From positions 8,308,001 to 8,372,000 of the forward strand of contig OX597815.1 in the NCBI GenBank assembly GCA_951406725.2: 64,000 nt of DNA, in the 5' to 3' direction. Position numbers and translations under genes: made by a program. Of the stretch, positions 26,915-39,189 are shown in pieces (positions within the stretch are counted from its first letter, which is position 1; each line of letters starts with the position of its first letter). Under the pieces are notes generated by a model. That model made no database searches and was not told where the DNA came from. It saw only the letters and a list, made by a program, of their open reading frames with translations. This DNA is from Octopus vulgaris. Lineage: Eukaryota.

Positions 26915-27752
26915 TCTATTCGAGCTGGTTTTGATCAATTTAGTTTTTACACTTTAGTTTTTGAAAGAGACTTTAAAAGATTTTGTGTTAAAAATGATTT
27001 CCGTTATTGAAAAATAAAATGAGCGAAGGGAAATAACTTAAGTGGGCTAATGGTATTAATCTAGAAAATAAAGCGGATGATGTATTGAAGGATCAATGTA
27101 GAAATTCTCACAAGCCTCAGGTCAGCTGAAATTTTGTGAGTAAAATTTAACTGACAGAAACTAGAAACTGCTTTTTGGGTGGCAGACTTAGTCAAACTCT
27201 TGGTTTCCCCACCTGGCTTTTGGTTTTCGGTTTCAAAGAACAGGGGAGATAATTCCATGAAACTAGTTCGTTAAAGTTAATTTACATGCCTACTCATTGA
27301 TTCATTTGAATTATTTCTCTTGGTTCATTTACTAATTATACTGTCCATAACTTTTCCATATGTAAGAATCTTTGTCAAACTAATCGAACAAGCTTATGCT
27401 TATAGTTTTCCCTTGCCTTGTAAACAATGACAGAACTTTTGATCTCCCAAACGTAAATTTTACTTTTGAGAAATTAGTTCTAAATTTCTTGAAGTTACCT
27501 CCCCTCTTCTTAGTTGCTCTGAATAGACTTTTGTTTTCTTTTAATTCAACGAATATTTTTACATACAGAATTGACTACATGTGGCTTTGTTATTGACTCA
27601 TAGTACTTATGCTATGAAGCTGAACTGTGTACTTTAATAAGAAGGTGGGTGCTTAGCGAGCTGTATTAAATTATGTATTAACAAAAAGTGTGTAAAATCT
27701 AACACGTTCCGAATAATTATAATTGAACAGAGACTGTTCTTTTACTCCTCAG

Positions 27753-27851
27753 AATGGTGACACACCGTTACACATCGCTGCAGCATTGAAACGAAGGAAA
27801 ATAGCTAAATTGCTTGTGGAAGCAGGTGTTGATTGCTCATTACGAAACAAG
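27753..27851 (+). CDS. ANKRD6: ANKRD6-like exon, ankyrin repeat
   Basis: 99 nt, ctcag|...|gtatg; NGDTPLHIAAALKRRKIAKLLVEAGVDCSLRNK. Confidence 0.92.
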
Positions 27852-29848
27852 GTATGTTTTCATTTATCATTTGGTTCTGTGAATGAGCTCAAAAACTGAT
27901 GAGGTCGACTTTGCCCTTTATCCATTCAGGGGTCAATAAAATAAGTACCAGTTAAGCAGTGGGGTCAATGTAATTAACACCATTCGGGCGTGATCGTTAC
28001 CAGCATCACCTTACTGGCACCTGTGCCGGTAGCATGTGTAAAGGAGTTGAGCGAGGTCATTGCTAGTACCGCTTGACTGGCCCCGTGCCGGTGGCACGTA
28101 AAAAGCACCCACTACACTCTCGGAGTGGTTGGCGTTAGGAAGGGCATCCAGCTGTAGAAACTCTGCCAGATCAAGATTGGAGCCTGCTGCAGCCCCTGGC
28201 TTCCCAGACCCCGGTCGAACCGTCCAACCCATGCTAGCATGGAAAACGGACGTTAAACGATGATGATGATGATGATGATTTCTCTCAAAATTGTTGGCTT
28301 CCTGCGAAAATTTGAAACAATTATTAGAGGGTCTGGGCCACTAACGGCAAATTCTTGTCATTGTTGGCAGCTCACCTTGCCAAAGTGTCAGGTGATGCCC
28401 ATGAGGGTACTTGGCTTTTCTAATGCCATAGCCTCACCCGTAATAATACCTATTTCTTTACTACCCACAAGGGGCTAAACACAGAGGGGACAAACAAGGA
28501 CAGACAAAGGTATTAAATCGATTACATCGACCCCAGTGCATAGCTGGTACTTAATTTATCGACCCCGAAAGGATGAAAGGCAAAGTGGACCTCGGCGGAA
28601 TTTGAACTCAGAACGTAACGACAGACGAAATACAGCTACGCATTTTGCCCGGCATGCTAACGTTTCTGCCAGCTCGCAGCCTTAATAATACCGTGAGCAT
28701 GCTGGCTTGCTTCAGTAAATTCTGTTGAACCTTGTGGTGTGTGACCAATTGAATCCCTTGGTGCTGCATTGTTGTTTTTTTTTTCTTATTTTTCTCTTGT
28801 AAAATATATTCCTGTTCATATTTTGAATAAAAGACTTCTCTATAATATCTGGTACCCGCTTCGGTCACGACACAGACCATGGGATTGCACCTACAAAGTT
28901 ACCCTCCCAGGCACAAGTCCGGGCAAGGTTTATGGAAGACCAGCAGTCGCCCATGCATACCAGCCTCCCCTCTCCACGCCACCAGTGTTATCCAAGGGAA
29001 AGGCAAGGACCGATACAGCTTGGCACCTGTGACGTCGCATGGCTCAGTGGTTAGAGAGTTGAGCTTACGATCGTGAGGTTGTTAGCTCGAATCCCGGACC
29101 GGCTGCATGTTATGTTCTTGAGCAAAACACTTTACTTTATGTTGCTCCAGTTCACTCAGCTGTAGAAATGAGTTGCGACATCTCTATAATATATATATAT
29201 ATATATATATATCACCACCATGACTGACCAGGCTATCAGATGTTGCTACACATCGCTGGTCACAATGCGCTTCACACTGTTTTAGCCTTCAAATGACGCC
29301 ACCCCGCTGGCTAAGCGAGCAGGCCAACAGAAGAAAGAGTGAGAGAAAGTTGTGGTGAAAGAGTACTGCAGGGATTGCCACCACCCTCTGCTGGAGTCTC
29401 GTGGAGCTTTTAGGTGTTTTCGCTCAATAAACACTCACAACGCCTGGTCTGGGAATCGAAACCGTGATCCTACAACTGCGAGTCCGCTGCTCTAACCACT
29501 GGGCCATTGCACCTCCATATATATATATATTTTTTTGTTTTGCGTCAAAAGGGCAGGAGGAATACTCCTTCATCTGTTAACAATTGCCTTGGTTTGTTTC
29601 TCTTTGTTTTCTCTCAAAGATACTTCAGCAGGTTTAGAGGGGGTCCCACATCTGGAAAAAAAAAAATCTCTCTAGTGATAACATTAAAATAACAATATCT
29701 CTTCTGTTTTTTTTCTTTGCTTGTTGAAATAAGTACCAGTTGAGTACTGGGGTTGATGCAGTCAGTTTACCCCCTCCCCGAAATTGCTGGACTTGTTCCA
29801 AAATTTGAAATCATTATTTAACAAATGATACTATTTGTGTTTCTCCAG

Positions 29849-29926
29849 CAAAATGAAACAGCTGCTGAAGTGGCACGGAGGAAAGAATATCCAGAGATTA
29901 TATTAATTATTTCAGCAAATCCTAAG
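29849..29926 (+). CDS. ANKRD6: ANKRD6-like exon, last ankyrin repeat
   Basis: 78 nt, tccag|...|gtaat; QNETAAEVARRKEYPEIILIISANPK. Confidence 0.88.
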
Positions 29927-32625
29927 GTAATTAGACTTGACTTCTTAATTCTGTTTTTCATTTAATATTCTTTTATAATCACTACATGAACTTCATCACT
30001 TACTGGGTTCTGTTCTCAGTTTGGGCTAAGCTTTGGCCCATGGGAACTTCTGAGGAATTCCAACCGTGTTTCATGGTTTGCTACCTCAACAGCTCCTTTA
30101 TAGGATCCAGTGGATAAAGACATCATCAAGAGGATCCACGTCCGGTTTCGGCCACTATTCTGCTGCCATTTACGATGCTCCCCCACCCACCTTTTGAAGG
30201 TGTCTTCCGCTCTGGTGTTGAATGCATTTCTTTTTTCTTTGTCCTTTTGTTCTTTGGTTTCTTCGATGCAGCGTCAACAAATGACCATCCTGCCGAATTT
30301 CCCTCTAAATACTCGCTGGTAGGCTCCAGCAGCCAGCACCATGTGATACTATCTAAGCTTCAACTGACCAATGGAGGGGAAGGATGTGTAGTTTTGGCCT
30401 GTGTCCTCTCTAAACCTGCCTTCCAACAGCATTGTGTTGTGGAGGTGCAATGGCCTAATGGTTAGGGCAGTAGACTCGCGGTCGGAGGATCGTGGTTTCG
30501 ATTCCCAGACCGGGCGTTGTGTGTGTTTATTGAGTGAAAACACCGAAAGCTCCACGAGGCTCCAGCAGGGGGTGGTGGCGACCCCTGTTGTAGTCTTTTG
30601 CTCCAACTTTCTCTCACTGTTTCTTCCTGTTTCTTGTCCCCGACTTCCTACGCAACCACTGAGCCTGGATGCGCATTCATCCATCCGTCGATGCTCTCGG
30701 TGTCGGGGGTTGACCTGCTTTCTCTTCTGCGGGTCTTACGAATAGCAAAGGACCACGTTTCGGACTTCTCCTATCTTGCGAGCTCTGGGACGAAGACCGT
30801 TCGCTCAACAGCAACAGCATCGTGTTAGTTTCAGTTCCAGCATCCAGAGGCAACCAGCTGTCTGGTGGTACAAGCCTTCTAATTATCGGGGAGGAGGGCA
30901 CGCAATGAACAAGATTGCATCCTTGGCTTCTGGTTTCTCAAGACAGACTCTGTTAAAGAATTACCTTTTAACAGTTACTTGATGAAGTCCTTGGAGTCTG
31001 GCCATGCTGGAGCACCACTTTGAAGGGTTTTGGCTGAACAAACCAGTACTTGTAATTTTGTTTTTAACTGGTATTTATCAGTTCTTTTGCTGAACCACTA
31101 AGTTATGGGGACATAAATGAACCAACAGTGTTTGTTAAGCGTTGGGGAGGATTGATAAACACAGATACAAAGATTCACACACATGTAGATACATATTGGT
31201 TGAAAAACAGCTGCCTGAGATATGGACAACAACAGATTAAAACCCATGCACATTCTCACTTAATTACAATGTGTTTCATACAATTTTGTTCAACTAAACT
31301 TTTCGAGGCAGTGCCCCAGCTAGGCCATAGTCTAATGACTGAAACAAGTAAAAGATAAAAGGTAACAGAAAGATGTAAGTTAAAAGATAATATATATCTT
31401 ACTAACAATAACTCTGAGCACCTTTTCAAACTCCACCTGTCTAACACCCGTGGACATGTTTACAAAGTCAGAAAACAGCACAGCTCCCATGACTTTCGGA
31501 AACATTGTTTCACGCTAAGAGTTGCTGAAGTATGGAACAAACTGCCGGCATCAGTTGTTAGTTGTCGGAGCACTGCATCCTTCAAAACTTCCATGTTTCC
31601 TGAGATTCGCCAACACTACACCTGATTTTCTCCCCTCCATACACATGCAAGCCTGTATCTGACTCATACATTGTTCACTTCCCCAGACATTTGTACGTTA
31701 CTGCATATGCTTTATATGCACTTTTGACATGTTGTGGTGCACCTGAGCACTGTATGCAATAATTTCATTATTGCTATTATTATTATATTATGTTTTATAT
31801 ATATCGTTTTGTCCTCTCAAGTGCCAGTGCCACTTAAAAAGCACCTGTGTCATTGCTGCATTTATGCACCTATGCTGGTGCTGCACTAATGCAGTTGTGC
31901 CAGTGCTGCGTTAATGCACCCATGCTGGTAGCACATAAAAAAGCATCCGGCACACTGTTAGATGGTTGGCATTAGGAAGGGCATCCAGCCGTAGAACCCA
32001 TGCCACGACAGATAGTTGGAGTCAGCTCCATGTCAAACTGTCCAATCCATGCCAGCATGGAAAGCAGACATTAAACGATGATGATGATGATGATGATGTT
32101 TCCATTCTCTGCCTTGAAGACTCTCAAGTAATTAGGAGGAATTGTCTCTCTTCTTGAGACAAATGAAATTAAATAAACATACTGCAGGAGTGGCTGTGTG
32201 GTAAGTAGCTTGCTAACCAACCACATGGTTCAGTCCCACTGCGTGGCACCTTGTGCAAGTGTCTTCTACTATAGCCTTGGGCCGACCAAAGCCTTGTGAG
32301 TGGATTTGGTAGACGGAAACTGAAAGAAGCCTGTTGTATATATGTATATATATATATGTATGTGTGTATATGTTTGTGTGTCTGTGTTTGTCCCCCTAGC
32401 ATTGCTTGACAACCGATGCTGGTGTGTTTACATCCCTGTCACTTAGCGGTTCGGCAAAAGAGACCGATAGAATAAGTACTGGGCTTACAAAAGAATAAGT
32501 CCCGGAGTCGAGTTTCTCGATTAAAGGCGGTGCTCCAGCATGGCCGCAGTCAAATGACTGAAACAAGTAAAAGAGTAAAAGAGTATAAATGTCTTTTCCT
32601 AGACTTTTGTATTTATTTTATGCAG

Positions 32626-32793
32626 GGCAAAGCTCGACCTCACCAGATTGTTCCAGAAGATAAGCAAGCTGTCCACATTGCTGTCGATGGACCGAACATG
32701 GTGTTCAGAGGCAATGCTCCCACTGCTGCCAATAAAGAAACAGCAAAACCAGAAAAGGAGAGGAGATTCTTCTTCTTCAAAAGGAAGAAAAAA
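32626..32793 (+). CDS. ANKRD6: ANKRD6-like exon, linker with basic stretch
   Basis: 168 nt, phase 0-0, tgcag|...|gtaag; GKARPHQIVPEDK...EKERRFFFFKRKKK. Confidence 0.75.
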
Positions 32794-32860
32794 GTAAGGA
32801 GTTATGTTTTGTTTGTTTTTTTTTTTGCTTTTTATCTTTCTCCTTCATCAGTTCTACTAT

Positions 32861-32894
<34 letters not shown>

Positions 32895-32912
32895 GCGCTG
32901 CTGCTGCTGCTG

Positions 32913-32958
<46 letters not shown>

Positions 32959-34641
32959 AAATAACATAACCAACAATACTACTACCAACACTATAACCAG
33001 TGTCATTATCCAATTCACTGATACTACCATGACCATCACTGCAGCTTCTCTGCCTCCCCTACCACCCAGTATCCTGCCATACAGCATCTCTCTTGTCACT
33101 CCCCCCTCGGCCTTCACTGCCATACATCATCCATACATCATCACACTATTGACTCATACATGATCGTCTCCCCTGTCACAACAGATCCCGCCCCCCACTT
33201 TCACCACCTCATGTTTTGCTACCTGACAACACCATGGAGTGGACTCATCCATGTTACTGTTGCGCCAGTTACTCTTGCAATATTTCTACTCACACAAAGG
33301 CGCAAGCTGGCAGAAACGTTAGCACGCCAGGCGAAATACGTAGCCGTATTTCGTCTGCCGTTACGTTCTGGGTTCAAATTCAGCCGAGGTCGACTTTGGC
33401 TTTCATCCTTGCGGGGTTGATTAAATAAGCACCAGTTATGCACTGGGGTCGATGTAATCGACTTAATCCGTTTGTCTGTCCTTCTTTGTCCCCTCTGTGT
33501 TTAGTCCCTTGTGGGTAGTAAAGAAATAGGTATTTCGTCCGTCTTCATGTTCTGAGTTCAAATTCCATCGAGGTCGACTTTGGGGCCGATAAATTAATTA
33601 CCAGTTGTGTACTGGAGTATTCTAATTGACTGACCTCCTTCCCCAAAAATTTCAGGCCTTGTGCCTAGAGTAGAAAAGAATATTTCTGCTAACACAAAGG
33701 CTGCGAGCTGGCAGAATTGTTAGCATGCCGGGTGAAATGCTTTGTGGCATTTCCTCTGTCTTTACGTTCTGAGTTCAAATTCCACCAAGGCTAGCATTAC
33801 ATTTTATCCTTTTGTGGCTTATAAAATGCCACCTGACATGTCAATGCCATCTGACTGGCCCCAGTGCCAGTGGCATGTAAAAAGCACCATTCGAGTGTGG
33901 TCGATGCCAGTGTCGCCTGACTGGCTCCCCTGCCGGTTGCACATAAAAAGCACCCACTACATTCTCAGAGTGGTGGGCATTAGGAAGGGAATTCAGATGT
34001 AGAAACCTTGCCAGATCAGATTGGAGACTGGTGCAGCCTCCTGGCTTGCCAGTCTTCAGTCAAACCGTCCAACCCATGCCAGCATGGAAAACGGACGTTA
34101 AACAATGATGATGATGAAAATAAGTACCAGTGGTGCACTAGGGTCAATGTAATCGACTTACCCCTCCCTTGAAATTACTGGCATTGTGCCAAAATTTGAA
34201 ACTATTATTTCTAGTAATACTAAATTATGAATTGGAACACTTGTTAAAGCGGCAGACAAATACCTTGTTGTATTTAGCTGTGTCCCTTTATGTTCTGTTT
34301 TCAAATCCCTCTCTTGTCAACTTTACCTTTCATCCTTCTGAGGGTTTGATTGGTGCCGGCACGGCTGTGTGGTTAGGAAGCTTGCTTTTCGACCACATGG
34401 TTTCAGGTTCAGTCCCACTGCATGGCACCTTGGCCAAGTGTCTTCTGGTATAACCTCGGACCGACTGAAGCCTTGTGAGTGGATTTCATAGGCAGAAGAT
34501 CCCATCATGTTTGTTCGTGTGTGTGTAACTGAGAGGAGAGAAAGTACGAGTCAAATACTGTGATTGATATAACCAACTATTTCCCTCTTGCAACTCTGAG
34601 TTTCTTGTACCTATATCAGATACCAATTTGTTTTTTTTTAG

Positions 34642-34836
34642 CCGGACAAAGATAGAGCATCAGGGCCAGAGCACCCACAGCCAACCACAAGCAGACAACA
34701 GCAACAACAACAACCACAAAAATTACATACACCACACCAAGCAAACAAAAGCAATCCAGTTCAAGGATTCTTCAACAAATATGTCCCTAAAGAAGGGTTT
34801 CAGTACTACAGGGACCTGGCTGGAAATATCAAAGAG
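34642..34836 (+). CDS. ANKRD6: ANKRD6-like exon
   Basis: 195 nt, ttttag|...|gtgag; PDKDRASG...QQQQQQ...GFQYYRDLAGNIKE, the start of the conserved Diego/ANKRD6 central motif. Confidence 0.85.
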
Positions 34837-34957
34837 GTGAGAAACTGTACTCTGTTCATAGTAAAGGGCTTAAAGCTGTACTCTATAGGTATTATTTTGT
34901 TATTGCTTCTGTTCTTGTTACTATTGCTATTGTTACAGGTATTTCATTGTTTAATAT

Positions 34958-34990
<33 letters not shown>

Positions 34991-34992
<2 letters not shown>

Positions 34993-35418
34993 CATTATTA
35001 AATCTCAGAACGAGATGTAAACAGTAATTGCTCGACAATGTAAAGTATAATAGCCATCTCAATATGGCTAACCACAAAAGGGGGTGTTACTGTAGCTTTT
35101 TAGCCCCAGGAGATCATCGTCTCCAGCTGGCTGTAGGCACACTATCTGTGCCCTTATGGTATTTGCAAAGGGAGGCCATCCCTTTCTCGTAAGCCTAAGT
35201 GATACGCACCGGACCGCAGTTTCGAGGTTATTGCCTCTTATCAACGGGCGGTAATCACCGGATCACGATGAAAGAAAAAGCCTGTTTGCAAATATATAAG
35301 AGTTTTTTGTAGTGACTCCTGCCACTGATTTCGCAAAACTGATTTCGATGATCTCCTGGGGCTAAAAAGCTACAGTAACATCCCACTTTGTGGTTAGCCA
35401 TATTGAGATGGCTATTAT

Positions 35419-35424
<6 letters not shown>
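34991..35424. mobile_element. Penelope-like inverted-repeat insertion in (TA)n
   Basis: 79-bp inverted arms at 35041-35119 and 35346-35424 (3 mismatches) enclosing a hammerhead motif. Confidence 0.6.
35205..35250 (-). ncRNA. Hammerhead ribozyme motif, U3-A8 core variant
   Basis: minus strand: cgcccg-TTGATAA-gagg-caataa-cctc-GAAA-ctgcgg-TC-cggtgcg. Confidence 0.6.
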
Positions 35425-35482
<58 letters not shown>

Positions 35483-35540
35483 AAAGGTTCATTCCGATTC
35501 GTCGTTTCGTTCCACCTCTTGGTTCCTGTTATTTTTATAT

Positions 35541-35586
<46 letters not shown>

Positions 35587-36627
35587 GAGTGTATTTTTCC
35601 CTTGTATTTTTCTATATACCAGTGTAAAATCATTACTTATAATAAAGTACGATATTACATTCTGAAAGCCATGGAAGGAGATGTGCTGTTTTCTGACTTC
35701 GTAAACATGTCCACGGGTTTTAGACAGGTGGGGTTTGAAAAGGTGCTCAGAGTTATTGTTTGTAAGATGGTTAATAATTTTATGCGTGTCTGCCAAGTCA
35801 GCTGCCAGACGTCGGAGTTTCAATGTATCCATGCCCAGGGAAGTAAGGCGTTCAGAATATCTAAAGCTCTGTTGAGCCCCTAGTGTAAAACTGCTTGGTA
35901 AGATTGGCTGTAATGGATATATAATACTGCACAATTTGATTAACACACACACACATGCGTAATAGAGTGATCACTACAGATGAGCTTTTATTCCAAGTGG
36001 AATTAGCTTGCTAGTATGGTGACCTTGCTCGCTGTGGGACAGTTATCTCCCCTGTCAGTGCATAGACAATGTGCTTTTTGTGGCTAAGCACGCCGAGCGA
36101 AATGCTTAGTGGTATTTCATCTGTCGTTACGTTCTGAGTTCAAATTCCACCGAGGTTGACTTTACCTTTCATCCTTTCGGGGTCGATAAATAAAGTACCA
36201 GTTACACACTGGGGTCGATGCAATCGACTTAATACTTATGTCTGTCCTTGTTTGTCCCCTCTATGTTTAGCCCCTTGTGGGTAGTAAAGAAATAGGTATT
36301 TCGTTTGTCGTTACCTTCTGAGTTCATACTTTTAGGGTCGATAAATAAAGTACCAGTTTCGCACTGGAGTCGATGTAATTGACTTAATCCCTTTGTCTGT
36401 CCTTGTTTGTCCCCTCTGTGTTTAGCCCCTTGTGGGCAATAAAGAAATATATAATGGTCTTTGACTCTTGTTTCTAGCAATGTAGGTGCTATCCTACACC
36501 CTCAGTCACTATTAGTGACAATTGTATTTTTCATTTTTAGTTTTACACTGTGTCTATTCACCTTTGATATTTTAAGTATATATATATATCTAATATAAAA
36601 CTTTTCTCCTCCTTTACTCCATTACAG

Positions 36628-39189
36628 GGTCCTATTGGTTATACACCAATATGTCAGTGTATGCCAATCGTGAAGAGAATCGAAAAGAACATGGATGAGA
36701 CGAGGGAGAACCTTTACGAGCACATTGATGCCTCACACCAGATATTACAGAACCGCATCAACCAGCTGGACAAACGGACATCACAGCAGGTTTTCTCTAT
36801 TGATCGTCTTAACAAGGAGAGGTTGAATGCTTCTCATAACCATTGTAAGCAACATATCGACTCTCAGTTCAACCAGCAACGTAAAGATGCTGAGCGTTTA
36901 TATACAAAATACAATGAGAACGTAAAATCTGAACTTCAAGCCTGGCTTGAGACGAGGTTAACTGATGAGGAAAGTTGCCACCCTCATCACCATGACGACT
37001 CGGGATTTTACCATCGAAGCGTTTTCTTTGATGTTGTTGAGAATGAAAACGGTCGGTTGTTTCGGTCGCGTTCCGACGAAACTTTGTCGCAGTCGGACTA
37101 CAGTGTAAGACATCGGAAAAAAGACTTTTATGAAAATCGTCAAGCTGCAATGCAGCAGATCCGTGCTTGGCAAACACCTGACAGGTACAGACGCCGTGAT
37201 AATTATCCTATGAGAGACAACTCTTTGAGACAGTTACCAACTGTATCAGTTAGAAATACAGTAACTGTTCCAGCTGGTCCCAGTATTACTCGTCCCCGCA
37301 CTATGATAGAATGTACATCCCCAAATCAGACATCTTCCTTTAACCCCTCTGCACCTGCAATGGCTCAGCTCTCTTTAGAACCATCACCAAATTCTAAAGC
37401 ATTTGAAAATAGGGCAGTGAAACCATTTACTCCTTCAAAATTAAGGCACTCCATACTTCCCTCTAAAACAAATAGTCCCAATTTACCATCGACTTCCTCT
37501 CAAGGCCTTGCCCCAGGACATTCTTTAAAACACCAAAGCCAGGTAATGCCTCACTTAAGCCATAGTAGTCAGGGCCAAAAGGATGAAAGGCAAAATTTAG
37601 TGGAAAGGGGCCCACCAGAAGTAAGCAAAATGATAGGACCTGAGATGGGCCCCAATAATGTATTTACTTCGAATCAGCCGACACGGAGACAATTTAATGA
37701 AAACCCTTTGGAAAAAGATTCCAAGGAAACAGTTCGGAACCAGAGACAGTTTTTAACCGTTTCTAGTTACTCTGTGACAAAAACTTCTGAAACTCAGTTG
37801 TTACAGACAAAACAGTTTCTCCCCAAATCACCTGCTGCCAAAACCAGCAATGAAGATTCCAATGGAATGAGGCCCCGTAGTCATAGCCAAGACATGCTTG
37901 CTGATTCATCGTCCCGTGACGTAATTCGCGAAAAAAAATGTATAGGTTATTACCATTCTGAACGAACGATGCCATTAGACCGGAGTAAGTCTTACGGTAA
38001 CCTCAAGGAAGAACTATCAGGAACACAGTCTAATAGTGTCACGTTACAGTCAAATACGGCAATGATGTCACAGTACAGTCATCATCAGTCGTATACAGTG
38101 CCAACAGCTTTCAAAACTGCTCCTCCACCAAACTCTGCTTATTCTAACAGCGTCAACCCCACAAAATACACAAGACCTTCCATGGCAGATTCTGCTGCAA
38201 AATCATATGGAAGTGAAGCAAAGCAGTCTCTGCAGAAAGATATGGTATTTTCCAATTCTAGTCAGTCTGTCTGCAAAGAACAGTATCAAAAACAAATGCA
38301 GAAAGTTTTGTCACAGACAGCACTAGACTACACATCCCCTTACAAGAATCCCACACTAGACTACTCTTCTCCTTACAAGAACCCTGCACTAAATCACACA
38401 TCTCCTTACAAGAATACGGCACTAAGCTATCACAGCAATGGTAAGAACATGCTAGGGAACCAACAGATGGGTAATCCTAATGTCAATGACACTGTCAACC
38501 CTCTTAGTAGATCAGAGCCACAACTGATGAAAGCAGACAGTTCAGATGGCCACCATTACAGAAACAGTCCAACAGCTGTGTCATCAAAAATAGTTTGTAC
38601 ACCAACGAATAACAGTAGTGCAGCAGCTGGTGTCCAAAATAACAGCCACCAAAACCATTGGTCTTCGTCTCCACTGCAGAAATCCAACCCCAAACTCCCG
38701 TCTCCGATGTTAGACTGGTGTCATAAAGAGGACTCCAGCAGCAACCCCGATTCGGGCTATAGCTGTCGTATCTATGGCAACGGAAACAACAGAAGCAGCA
38801 CGTTACTGAATACATCGCACAGCAACACGACAACCCCGACATCTTCGTTTAGTGGAACTGATCAGAGTCCGAGTACAGCGTCCGCCTCTTTACAGCTGTC
38901 ACCTTACAGGGGACAGCTGCAGAACCAAGTGGCCAGGGACGGCTATGATGACCGACAGCCAACTAACAAACAGTATTTCGAGTCAGTCTCAGCTCATCTT
39001 CAGAATTGGTACAGTAAGAAAAAACTAGAGACTTCTCAAAAGGAAGCACCAAAGACTCTTTCACCAACATTATTACAACAACAACACCAGCAACAAATAG
39101 CACCGTCTTTTGGTACAAACAGTCCATATATGGCAACAAATTACCCCCCTACACCAGTGAAAGGCTACATCAGAGGAAGTGATGTGTAG
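36628..39189 (+). CDS. ANKRD6: ANKRD6-like terminal coding exon (853 aa + stop)
   Basis: ttacag|GGT CCT ATT... in frame with the 842-aa ORF; GPIGYTPICQCMPIVKRIEKNMDETRE...QLDKRTSQQVFSIDRLNKERL resembles the ANKRD6 CxC plus coiled-coil region; long S/T/P/Q/N-rich tail; TAG at 39187-39189. Confidence 0.92.
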   Translation, partial: GPIGYTPICQCMPIVKRIEKNMDETRENLYEHIDASHQILQNRINQLDKRTSQQVFSIDRLNKERLNASHNHCKQHIDSQFNQQRKDAERLYTKYNENVKSELQAWLETRLTDEESCHPHHHDDSGFYHRSVFFDVVENENGRLFRSRSDETLSQSDYSVRHRKKDFYENRQAAMQQIRAWQTPDRYRRRDNYPMRDNSLRQLPTVSVRNTVTVPAGPSITRPRTMIECTSPNQTSSFNPSAPAMAQLSLEPSPNSKAFENRAVKPFTPSKLRHSILPSKTNSPNLPSTSSQGLAPGHSLKHQSQVMPHLSHSSQGQKDERQNLVERGPPEVSKMIGPEMGPNNVFTSNQPTRRQFNENPLEKDSKETVRNQRQFLTVSSYSVTKTSETQLLQTKQFLPKSPAAKTSNEDSNGMRPRSHSQDMLADSSSRDVIREKKCIGYYHSERTMPLDRSKSYGNLKEELSGTQSNSVTLQSNTAMMSQYSHHQSYTVPTAFKTAPPPNSAYSNSVNPTKYTRPSMADSAAKSYGSEAKQSLQKDMVFSNSSQSVCKEQYQKQMQKVLSQTALDYTSPYKNPTLDYSSPYKNPALNHTSPYKNTALSYHSNGKNMLGNQQMGNPNVNDTVNPLSRSEPQLMKADSSDGHHYRNSPTAVSSKIVCTPTNNSSAAAGVQNNSHQNHWSSSPLQKSNPKLPSPMLDWCHKEDSSSNPDSGYSCRIYGNGNNRSSTLLNTSHSNTTTPTSSFSGTDQSPSTASASLQLSPYRGQLQNQVARDGYDDRQPTNKQYFESVSAHLQNWYSKKKLETSQKEAPKTLSPTLLQQQHQQQIAPSFGTNSPYMATNYPPTPVKGYIRGSDV

